Below, piece by piece: positions 9,696 through 17,709 of a stretch of DNA of 64,000 nt (its first letter is position 1; every line of letters begins with the position of its first letter). Below the pieces are notes generated by a model. That model saw nothing but the letters and a program-made list of their open reading frames with translations, searched no databases and was not told the origin of the DNA. The position numbers and the translations under genes were made by a program. The DNA is from Pseudomonadota bacterium (lineage in GTDB: Bacteria > Pseudomonadota > Gammaproteobacteria > Berkiellales > Berkiellaceae): NCBI GenBank assembly GCA_018241965.1, contig JAFECS010000011.1, forward strand, positions 92,690-156,689. The letters are read 5' to 3'.

Positions 9696-11681
9696 TTAGC
9701 ACTCTAATCTCTTTGAGCGCCTTACCTTTTGCGTCGACTCAGATTTGATCAACTCCGCAATTTTCTGTTTCACAATTTTTCCTACCTTGCCTTTTTTTAT
9801 GTCGACAAATTTACCTTGGCAATCAATACGACCTCGACGAGAGGTATCGCTATCAACCCATTTTATTTCTGGATTTTCCAATGCTTGCTTAAAGAAAAAG
9901 GGCACAACTCTTTGGGGCAATCCACTCATTGTTTCTAAGTGCTTCGTTGATAATTTATCAGCATAGGGAGACGCCATCACAAGTTGTGCATTTTCACGTG
10001 ACTTACTCCCAAGCTTCGCTAAATCATCTGCATCAAGTTTTGTGGCAAGTGATTCTGTGGTGAAAATAATTTTAGCAGCTTCATGAAAAGCATGTCCTAT
10101 TGTTGCTAATTCAGCGCCACTCAGTAATTCGGCAAATTGTTCATTCTTTAGAATAAGAACTGCCGATGCTAAGAAACTGCTTCCTATCTGCGCCAACTCT
10201 TCTGCTTCAAGTTCTTCGTAAAGTTCAGGATTGCTTAATATGTAATTTGCATTGTCCTCATTATGTTGTGCGATCATAACTAACGACCTTGTGTCTAGCA
10301 TATCCCAATTGGCTTGGTTGCTTAAAAATGCCTTAGCCAGATCAGGATAAGGCCTTAATATTTCTCCAAGATCGTATCTTGCAAGACTGGATAATAATGA
10401 GGGATCGTTGATAATAAAAGAAGCACATCTTTTATGTTTATGCGCTATAGAAACTTTGTTAGGACACAATCCTTGTGTTCTCAGGAGCTCTAAAGCAATT
10501 CCCTCATCGTTTTCCCACATGGGACCAATTTCATGAGGATGAAGACGCGTTACCAAGGATGGTGTTGCAAGCACATGACGTATGACATCCGCATGGTTGC
10601 CGACCATATGCGTAAAAAGAAAATTCCCCATTCTTTCCAATAAATTAGGGTTACCTATAATGAGAAATGCAATTTCTTTATGCGCTTTACCTAAATCATG
10701 TAAATTTTGGCTATCTAGTTTGTCTATAAGATTTTGATTAGTAAAAATTGCTTTGGCAAAATCAAAGTTTTTACAACCAATTGTGGCCAAATCTTTTCCA
10801 TTCAACATATCAAGTAATGCTGGTGTTTTGAGGATCGTAACTGCAATCGATGGGTGTGCTGCAGCTATATTTGCTAACAAATCACTGGTCAACATATTAA
10901 GAAGATCCGGCGTATTGAGGATGAGTTGCGCTATTTCAAGATGAGCCTCTCCCATTTGCGCTACAACATATTCATTGATAACGCCCGGCGCATGGAGCCT
11001 TGCTCGACGTCTAAGCGAGGGATGATTCAGCATTTGTTTGGCGATCTCAAGGTGACTGCTTGCTATAGCACCTAAATCTCCAGAATAAAGCTTTTCAACA
11101 ATGTTTGGTTCATTTAAAACTCTAATCGCAATGTCTAAATGATAGGATGCTAGTTCAGTAATAATTATGCCTCGCTTCTCTTGCACAGCTTCCTCGTACA
11201 TTTTCCAAGCAACGTTAATATCGCGTTTTCCTAACACAGCCCTATCACGATTTTTTTCAAAGCTAAGTGAACCCTCATAAAACGCTGGAAGGTCCTCTAA
11301 CAAGGTTGCCGTCAATTGTGGATGAAAACTGACGATTTCTAAAAATTCTGCAAGCGATAAACTATCAAAAGTAGCTTCATCTTTGAGTATGTTGATAACA
11401 TCCTGCTCATTGTGGCAAGAGGCAATAAGCTCCGCAAACGTGACTCGGGAATGAAGACTTTTAGCGCTAGCATTCCACAAAGAGGATACTTGCTGTGTTG
11501 ATTGTTGTCCTACAAATGAGTATGCGGGCAGAAATTTCATTACTTCAACTAATACTTCGTTGGGTAAGTCGTTTATAGAAATCGAAGTAGTTTCAAATGG
11601 ACTTTGCGTTGATGTTTTTGCTTTTTTTAAAGGGGGTTGTTTTTTTTCGCTGAATTTTTGAGGACCGCTACGCTTAGACAT
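9696..11681 (-). CDS. F-box protein with about 14 tandem 29-aa helical repeats; candidate host-targeted effector
   Basis: F-box-like INDLPNEVLVEVMKFL...VSSLWN near the N-terminus; repeats such as LTSDLLANIAAAHPSIAVTILKTPALLDM; basic termini. Confidence 0.7.
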   Translation of the reverse strand: MSKRSGPQKFSEKKQPPLKKAKTSTQSPFETTSISINDLPNEVLVEVMKFLPAYSFVGQQSTQQVSSLWNASAKSLHSRVTFAELIASCHNEQDVINILKDEATFDSLSLAEFLEIVSFHPQLTATLLEDLPAFYEGSLSFEKNRDRAVLGKRDINVAWKMYEEAVQEKRGIIITELASYHLDIAIRVLNEPNIVEKLYSGDLGAIASSHLEIAKQMLNHPSLRRRARLHAPGVINEYVVAQMGEAHLEIAQLILNTPDLLNMLTSDLLANIAAAHPSIAVTILKTPALLDMLNGKDLATIGCKNFDFAKAIFTNQNLIDKLDSQNLHDLGKAHKEIAFLIIGNPNLLERMGNFLFTHMVGNHADVIRHVLATPSLVTRLHPHEIGPMWENDEGIALELLRTQGLCPNKVSIAHKHKRCASFIINDPSLLSSLARYDLGEILRPYPDLAKAFLSNQANWDMLDTRSLVMIAQHNEDNANYILSNPELYEELEAEELAQIGSSFLASAVLILKNEQFAELLSGAELATIGHAFHEAAKIIFTTESLATKLDADDLAKLGSKSRENAQLVMASPYADKLSTKHLETMSGLPQRVVPFFFKQALENPEIKWVDSDTSRRGRIDCQGKFVDIKKGKVGKIVKQKIAELIKSESTQKVRRSKRLEC

Positions 11682-11947
11682 ATACTACTCGCTTTTTAAC
11701 TGGGTGAATGATTAAAACGAGTAGAAGTTTAATAAAACTAACTTAATAAATATGCCATAAATATTCTTCTTTGGCCAAGAATCGGATGAGTGGCAAAGCA
11801 AAGGGATAACATCAAGAGTTTACCTATAATAGGTATCATCCCGAAAATGGCTATTATCAAGGACACGAATTCGTGCATGTTCTTCATTTTAAAGATTGAA
11901 CTTTCTCTATACTTTAAAAATTATCTTCACGATAAAAAGGGAAATAT

Positions 11948-12409
11948 ATGATCAGCTATCGATTATACACTTTTATATTTTGCATGGGGTTATGCCTTCA
12001 CGGGGCAGCCATGGCAAGTCCTGCCGATGAAATGTTGCTTCCCCCAGAATACAAAGTTTATTTTAAAGAAGGCGTGGGTGTGGTAAATCATCAATTTGAT
12101 GGCGCAGCCGAAAAAGTGTTGCCCACTAAAAATGAATTTAAAGGCAAACCTGGTTGCTATATCGCCTGTTATTCCCGTAAACCTATACAAAGCGTTTACC
12201 CTGTCAGCAAAGATATTTTTGTGATGGGACAAATTCGCGTTGAAGGAAGTTATAAAGAAAGAATTTGCCAACCTAAAGGCTTTGAAGGTAAAGATATAAG
12301 CAAAGAAGTTTCATTCAAGGACAAATGCGCAGCGCAATTGCCACAAGCTTGCAGTCAATCGAATTGTTGGGCAGGGGGTGACACCGGTGGTTGGTTTGGG
12401 ATCCAATGA
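11948..12409 (+). CDS. Hypothetical secreted cysteine-rich protein
   Basis: Signal peptide ending AMA, six Cys in the mature part, C-terminal CWAGGDTGGWFG; purine-rich RBS upstream. Confidence 0.7.
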   Translation: MISYRLYTFIFCMGLCLHGAAMASPADEMLLPPEYKVYFKEGVGVVNHQFDGAAEKVLPTKNEFKGKPGCYIACYSRKPIQSVYPVSKDIFVMGQIRVEGSYKERICQPKGFEGKDISKEVSFKDKCAAQLPQACSQSNCWAGGDTGGWFGIQ

Positions 12410-12454
12410 ATGTTATGCTGGTATTTTCAGACAACCTCATAAGTTGGTCGTCCA

Positions 12455-13042
12455 ATGAATCTAAAATTATTTGCTGTTTTACTCGGTGGCAGAGCTCCAG
12501 GCTGTCATATAGAGCTTCACGATGTTGTATTTATTGTTAGTCCAAGTTTAGAAGAAGCTTATCCTCGTTTGGTTCATAAATGGTTTGGTACCAGCAAACG
12601 CCTGCACATAGATAGCTCCGTGGAACTATCCATCGTAGATGGCCATGAAATTATTTTGAGCAAAGAAAAACCCGACAACGCTGAAAACACTTTATATTTT
12701 GTCAACTTTGGCGGTTATAAACCAGGATTTTTTGGTGAATTACATGAAGTGGGTTTTTATGTCACTAACGCAAAACCCCTTGCAGTAGCAAAAGCAAAAA
12801 ACGAGCTTTGTGCAGGAAGCCATCAGCAACATTGTGATGATAATTTAGAAATTGCACAGTTTTTAAATAAAGCCACGGCCTTAGCTGATGATGTGATTGC
12901 TATTGAGAAAGTAGACAATTATTTCATTCATTTAAAGCCAACCTCAAAACCAGCGACCCTGTGTGTAGAATCCCATTATCGACGTTTGGACGTGCCAGAG
13001 ATCATAGAAAAAGCTAAACAACTAGGGTCTGTTGACATTTAG
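12455..13042 (+). CDS. DUF1543 domain protein (last 5 codons supplied by the inserted IS end)
   Basis: LGG...IELHDVVF, W.G...LHID and YFVNFGGY...GELH tandem motifs. Confidence 0.8.
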   Translation: MNLKLFAVLLGGRAPGCHIELHDVVFIVSPSLEEAYPRLVHKWFGTSKRLHIDSSVELSIVDGHEIILSKEKPDNAENTLYFVNFGGYKPGFFGELHEVGFYVTNAKPLAVAKAKNELCAGSHQQHCDDNLEIAQFLNKATALADDVIAIEKVDNYFIHLKPTSKPATLCVESHYRRLDVPEIIEKAKQLGSVDI

Positions 13043-13090
13043 CTTTGCTACTCACCGCCTACTTGCCGCGGCTTGTCCGCGGCATCCAGC
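13025..13090 (+). repeat. Terminal inverted repeat with embedded hairpin TGCCGCGG-CTTGT-CCGCGGCA
   Basis: GGGTCTGTTGACATTTAGC...CCTACTTGCCGCGGCTTGTCCGCGGCATCCAGC. Confidence 0.9.
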
Positions 13091-13091
13091 T

Positions 13092-13382
13092 TTAAAGGCA
13101 AATTTCTTGGTACAAATCACACCATGACGAATTGAATTCTTCGATTAAATTCAATTTCCATTGCCTACACCAATTTTTAAATCGTTTTTCGCGCCTTGCC
13201 GCTTCAACATACAATTCATGCTCTTCGTAATAAACGAGCTGATTGACATTGTATTTTGCTGTAAAACCAGGCGTTACTTTGTTTTTATGCGCCCAAACTC
13301 TTCTTGCAAGATCGCTTGTTGAACCAACATATAGAGTTCCATTTCGCTGGCTTGCCAAAATATAAACGTAATATGAACTCAC
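13092..13382 (-). CDS. Small GIY-YIG nuclease family protein
   Basis: YYVYILAS.RNGTLYVGST..LARRV..H, FT.KYNV..LVYYE and A..REKRFKNW motifs; GTG start with AAGGA upstream. Confidence 0.9.
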   Translation of the reverse strand: MSSYYVYILASQRNGTLYVGSTSDLARRVWAHKNKVTPGFTAKYNVNQLVYYEEHELYVEAARREKRFKNWCRQWKLNLIEEFNSSWCDLYQEICL

Positions 13383-13432
13383 TTCAATTCCTTAAGCAGA
13401 CAATAATTTATTTTGACAACGTCAGCATCTAT

Positions 13433-14182
13433 TTACATTGGTAACCACAAATAAAAACAAGCCATCGCTAACATCGATGCAAAATTTCTTTTTAACTTGT
13501 CATATCGTGTTGCTATTGCACGAAAATGTTTAAGCCGTGCAAAAAGATTTTCAACTAAATGCCTATACTTGTAAAGGCTCCAGTCAATGTCGGAGTTTCC
13601 CATCAGTGAATTATGTTTTCTAGGAATAATTGGTATAGATAATTTTTTTCGAGCATGCTCTCTTAGAGCTTCATTATCATAGCCTTTATCCGCAATAAGG
13701 TATTCAGAAATAGGAAGTTTACTGATAAATTCAATGGCATTTTTACAATCATGAACTTCGCCTCCTGTGATTATAAAGTCAATCGGCAAACCATAAGCAT
13801 CAGCAGCAATATGTATTTTTGTTGTATTTCCTGCAACTGATTTACCAATCCCTTGCTCATCATTACTTGCAGCTCCAGAACTATGTTGATGTGCTTTTAC
13901 AATGCTTGCGTCGATGAATTCCCATTCTAAATCTGGTTCATCCACTAGCATTTTAAAAATCATCATCAATTTATTTTTAGCTGACCAGCGATTAAACTTT
14001 TGGAAAATCGTGCTCCAACGCCCAAATTCTTCTGGAAGGTCTCGCCAAGGGCAACCCACTCGCATACGGTATAGCATGCCTTCAACCATGTCCCGAAGAA
14101 AAGGCTTGTTATAGATCCTATGTTGTCGCAAAATTCTCTTTAGCTTAGACCAAAGCTCATCGGCAAGCATTCGTCTAGCCAT
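13433..14182 (-). CDS. IS5-family DDE transposase, single intact ORF
   Basis: GCPWRDLP, IDASIVKAHQH (D), IADKGYD (D), YKYRHLVENLFARLKHFRAIATRYDK (YREK-type E). Confidence 0.95.
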   Translation of the reverse strand: MARRMLADELWSKLKRILRQHRIYNKPFLRDMVEGMLYRMRVGCPWRDLPEEFGRWSTIFQKFNRWSAKNKLMMIFKMLVDEPDLEWEFIDASIVKAHQHSSGAASNDEQGIGKSVAGNTTKIHIAADAYGLPIDFIITGGEVHDCKNAIEFISKLPISEYLIADKGYDNEALREHARKKLSIPIIPRKHNSLMGNSDIDWSLYKYRHLVENLFARLKHFRAIATRYDKLKRNFASMLAMACFYLWLPM

Positions 14183-14271
14183 TGCAAACTCGTTTTGTTT
14201 TATTTTTGACGAATAAATTCTACGAGTTTGCTCTTTTTAATCAATAACTTGTGAAGCTTGGAAAGTTAGCT

Positions 14272-14337
14272 GCTGGATGCCGCGGACAAGCCGCGGCAAG
14301 TAGGCGGTGAGTAGCCAAGCTAAATGTCAACATACCC
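14272..14337 (-). repeat. Terminal inverted repeat with embedded hairpin
   Basis: GCTGGATGCCGCGGACAAGCCGCGGCAAGTAGG...AAATGTCAACATACCC. Confidence 0.9.
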
Positions 14338-14367
14338 TAATGCCATTACAAGCTTGATAAACCCAAT

Positions 14368-15612
14368 CTAATTATTCCACCCATATAAGCAAAAGGGGTT
14401 TAAAATTGATCTTCTCCATAGTTTTTCGCGTTCAACTTTTGGCAGATCAGCTTCCTCACATAGTTTTAACCAATTATCTTGAATAATAGCAATCTGTGCA
14501 TTAATTAGATTTTTAGCTTCATCTTGCGTTATTAAAAAATGCTCACATATGCTCAATATATTACTAAGTGTCGACAAATTATCCTGATTACCTTCAATTA
14601 ACATAGCTTGGCTTGCTTCTTGACCTGATCTTAGCTGAGGTAAGATATCATAAGCAGGTGTTAATTTGAGATATTTGCCATCCCAAAATGCTGAAATATT
14701 TCTGGCATGGTCATCTGTATTTCCAATAAGCACATTAAATATTAATCTTTGATACAGCTCTTTAAGATTTTCTTTTGGCTGTGCAAATCGAGCTCGTATT
14801 ATTTCAGCTAAATCTACATAACTTGCATATCTTGCTTCTAATTCATTTAATGATAATAAGCTTAAACCACTGAGCAATAAATGACGCGAAACCCCGTGCT
14901 TTGTTACAGTGCGATCAAAACGTTCTATCAAGAGAATTTTTTTACCTAATACCGTTTTTAAATGAATTTTTGAAACCTCTAGCGGAATGAGACTAGCCAT
15001 TTTCATGGCAATATACTCTGCTTTTACTAAATCATAAATATCAGAAGATAGTGGAAATTTTGCAATATAATATTTTTCTTTATCATTAATTAAACACTTG
15101 GGCCTTGCACCGCCAACACTTGTTCCATGCATAAGTGCTGTACCAACTTCAGCAGGAAGTGGCAAGCCTTTATCAATATATTCTGCTGCATTTAATAAAT
15201 CAGCCAACTTTGAAACATTAGTTGTTCGAGGAATATATTCAGTGCTTGAAAGTTGAAAATCTAAAGCACCAATACGATTACTACCTGAAAACAACATGTA
15301 ATCTAGCTCATCAGCCATGAGTTTAGGATATTCATGCAAAATAACTCTACGCCCCCATGCATCTGGAGCTGCATCTCTTAAACAGGAGTGAATCGTGTTC
15401 ATTCCTTTGGGCTCAAATGTCCCCATTTTTAAAGGTAATTCAAAAGGCGACAAACTAATAGCATCTTCTCTTGCACGATAGCTTTTACCATAAGTAAAAA
15501 GAAATTTATTATTTTGTTTTTCTATCATGCCCGCGACAACCGGCTGAGTCTGGTTTGGTAACCAGATCCAAACATATGCCGAAGTTGCTGACTTCATATT
15601 AAAATTCATCAT
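14368..15612 (-). CDS. hipA: HipA-family kinase toxin (start may be the ATG at 15597)
   Basis: N-terminal couple domain, DAAPDAWGR, SVGGARPK, GNTDDHARN, LTPAYDI. Confidence 0.9.
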   Translation of the reverse strand: MMNFNMKSATSAYVWIWLPNQTQPVVAGMIEKQNNKFLFTYGKSYRAREDAISLSPFELPLKMGTFEPKGMNTIHSCLRDAAPDAWGRRVILHEYPKLMADELDYMLFSGSNRIGALDFQLSSTEYIPRTTNVSKLADLLNAAEYIDKGLPLPAEVGTALMHGTSVGGARPKCLINDKEKYYIAKFPLSSDIYDLVKAEYIAMKMASLIPLEVSKIHLKTVLGKKILLIERFDRTVTKHGVSRHLLLSGLSLLSLNELEARYASYVDLAEIIRARFAQPKENLKELYQRLIFNVLIGNTDDHARNISAFWDGKYLKLTPAYDILPQLRSGQEASQAMLIEGNQDNLSTLSNILSICEHFLITQDEAKNLINAQIAIIQDNWLKLCEEADLPKVEREKLWRRSILNPFCLYGWNN

Positions 15613-15931
15613 TCAGATCTCGCTTCTTACGCGATGAACGTTTTGGCAACAATGCACTAACCGTCGAAATTCTATTGGCTGTGACTTTTAAATCGCTTTC
15701 TTCGGGAAAAAGAGAGACATTTAAAATTGTTGCGGCCTCAAACACTGTTCCAATGCTTACTTTGGCGCTCCCTTTTTCAATTTGAATCACTGTTAATCTG
15801 CTTACATTAAGGCGCATTGCCAGATTTTCTTGAGACATTTTCTGCTCGATACGAGCTGATTTAATTGATTTAGCTAGCGTCTTAAGCGCTAAGCGGGTGA
15901 TCTTTGAAAGAGGTTGGGTGGCTGAGGGCAT
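15599..15931 (-). CDS. XRE/HTH antitoxin, HipB-like
   Basis: IKSARIEQKMSQENLA.RLNVSRLTVIQIEKG helix-turn-helix; directly upstream of and coupled to hipA. Confidence 0.85.
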   Translation of the reverse strand: MPSATQPLSKITRLALKTLAKSIKSARIEQKMSQENLAMRLNVSRLTVIQIEKGSAKVSIGTVFEAATILNVSLFPEESDLKVTANRISTVSALLPKRSSRKKRDLNDEF

Positions 15932-15980
15932 GTATGTTATACCTTACATTATACCGCTTAATGTATATTATAGCATACAT
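15930..15980 (-). promoter_or_regulatory. hipBA promoter with two palindromic operators (ATGTA-N10-TACAT)
   Basis: ATGTATGTTATACCTTACAT (15930-15949) and ATGTATATTATAGCATACAT (15961-15980); extended -10 TGcTATAAT on the minus strand at 15967-15975. Confidence 0.65.
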
Positions 15981-15988
15981 ACCATTGC

Positions 15989-16017
15989 AAAAAAAAGCCC
16001 CGAATGGGGTACGGGGC
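15989..16017 (-). terminator. Rho-independent terminator
   Basis: 6-bp GC stem followed by 8 T on the minus strand. Confidence 0.8.
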
Positions 16018-16062
16018 GTAACGTGCTCGGCTCTGGGGGGTCACCGAGCATTTCAATTTTTA
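15989..16062 (-). ncRNA. Candidate polA-downstream small RNA with C-rich loops (Spot42/ErsA/sX13-like locus)
   Basis: Minus strand reads TGCTCGG-TGACCCCCCAGAG-CCGAGCA, then GCCCCG-TACCCCATT-CGGGGC-T8; ECF-like GAAACTC-N16-TCTAA upstream; no coding ORF ends here. Confidence 0.5.
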
Positions 16063-16299
16063 TTAATTAGACACCCGTCTTCATATTGAGTTTCAATATT
16101 TATTTACAGTTGTATAAGCTTTCAATACCCTCCTGTATTACTTGAAACCTATATTCCTACACAGCAGCAATATGATCCCATTAAACATGATCCCATGATC
16201 GCCCATCTGCTCCTCGCTATTTTATGTCTTGTTAAGATATCAAGAACATGCTGGGATTGTTAAGCTAACTGCCAATTTGCTTTTCAAGAGAAACGCGTT

Positions 16300-17709
16300 A
16301 TGGGTAAATATGGTCTACATCTGAATGAATCGTATGAATCATTCCAAAAACGATTGAATAAACTTAACGATATAGAGATCCCGCAGCGTTTATATGAGCG
16401 CATAAACGAAACAGATCTTCGCCGTATTATAAAATTTGTTATCGACGACAATAATCTAAATCAGAAAATTTTAAGTCTGAAAAAAAATCAGGCTATTCGT
16501 TTTGACAAAAGGATGACACAATTACCTCGCACCTTCACGATTCTAAAAGATCCCGAAGGCGAATATCAATTAATATTAGAAACTAAAAGTAAAGCTTCAA
16601 CCAACCAAAAGTGTAAAACCGAAAATTTTGCAGGTACCAGTAAGTCCGGAAAACCCGCCTGGCGGCTCGATGGGCAAAATGGCCCAGAAGAATATGTGAG
16701 TTTAAAATGCAAACTTCATACTGATGCTAATGGCAACTTAAACCTTAATCAGCTAAAAGAAATCAAAAGGGAAGTTTCTTTTGTTTGGCGAATGCAACAT
16801 GATCATTTTCACTATTCATTTTTAGGCACTATTACTAAAGATAAAAAAGGTCATTTTTATCAAAGTATGTATTCCAAAAAAGGGATCCCCTTAGACAAAC
16901 TTGAGAATTATGGGATAGTCATAACAAATCAAATAATAGATAACATCGCTAGACAATTATTAGAGGCGCTCAGCATTGCTCACAACAAAGGATTTGTGCT
17001 CCAGGATATTAAACCCGGTAACATTCTTTGCTTTAGTGAAAATGGTCAATTATACGTCGAATTTAATGATTTTGGCAGCGTCCCCTGGGTACGCCAAAAC
17101 TTGACCACCCAAACAACTATTGGATATGAATCCCCAGAAGTGTCTCTTTCACATTCAGATGTAAATGATGTTTATCATGCTTATTTTAAGAATGGGTATG
17201 CTAAATACGGATTATCCTATGGCAAACAATGTGTAGACAAATACCAATTACATAATAAAATAGGATATGCAACAGCCCACCCTGCAAATGATGTTTGGGC
17301 GCTTGGGATAGTACTTTATGAACTTTACAATAAACAAAAACCTTCCATCCATATGCCTATTCTTGATGAAAGGCTTAAAGGTATGTTGGAATATGATCGA
17401 AACCAGAGAATTACTGCCAAACAAGCACTCGATATATTTAATAGTTACAACGAGTATTCTAAACAAGCTATGGTAAATAAAGATAACACGCCTACTGAAA
17501 CAACTGATACTCCCTTTCTGACGCCTGCGCCCACGCTGACTGAAGTGCCATCCACTCCTGAGGATAGTCCGCCTCAATTTGTCCACGAAATCTTAGAGAA
17601 ACCAAAACCATTTCTAATAGTAGCTCGTCGTCCCACCCTTGGAAGTCTTATTGCTGCGAATAAAAAAAATCGTCTCGATAAATTTGCACCGCGCAGGCAA
17701 AATTATTAA
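16300..17709 (+). CDS. Eukaryotic-like Ser/Thr protein kinase; candidate effector
   Basis: YVSLK, alphaC EIKREV, LQDIKPGNIL, NDFG, TIGYESPE, ANDVWALG, RITAKQAL; T/P/E-rich tail. Confidence 0.8.
   Translation: MGKYGLHLNESYESFQKRLNKLNDIEIPQRLYERINETDLRRIIKFVIDDNNLNQKILSLKKNQAIRFDKRMTQLPRTFTILKDPEGEYQLILETKSKASTNQKCKTENFAGTSKSGKPAWRLDGQNGPEEYVSLKCKLHTDANGNLNLNQLKEIKREVSFVWRMQHDHFHYSFLGTITKDKKGHFYQSMYSKKGIPLDKLENYGIVITNQIIDNIARQLLEALSIAHNKGFVLQDIKPGNILCFSENGQLYVEFNDFGSVPWVRQNLTTQTTIGYESPEVSLSHSDVNDVYHAYFKNGYAKYGLSYGKQCVDKYQLHNKIGYATAHPANDVWALGIVLYELYNKQKPSIHMPILDERLKGMLEYDRNQRITAKQALDIFNSYNEYSKQAMVNKDNTPTETTDTPFLTPAPTLTEVPSTPEDSPPQFVHEILEKPKPFLIVARRPTLGSLIAANKKNRLDKFAPRRQNY

Larger units (their letters stand above)
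13025..14337 (-). mobile_element. IS5-family (IS427-like) element of 1313 bp with 66-bp TIRs, TA target duplication and a passenger GIY-YIG nuclease gene
   Basis: 13025-13090 is the reverse complement of 14272-14337 with 2 mismatches; TA at 13023-13024 and 14338-14339; encloses the transposase and GIY-YIG ORFs. Confidence 0.9.

Noticed and set aside
11700-11760. PmrA-type effector promoter box upstream of the F-box gene
   Set aside because: TTAA motifs are 14 bp apart rather than the expected 11
13025-15931. hipBA as cargo of the IS element
   Set aside because: The terminal repeat and TA duplication end at 14339, before hipA; the restored DUF1543 tail lies between them
15904-16089. 61-aa plus-strand ORF
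   Set aside because: Crosses the hipB start, operators and terminator; no recognisable domain
16120-16220. CsrB/RsmY-like RNA suggested by several minus-strand GGA motifs
   Set aside because: Only one convincing ANGGA hairpin loop; the ECF-like promoter lies downstream of these motifs
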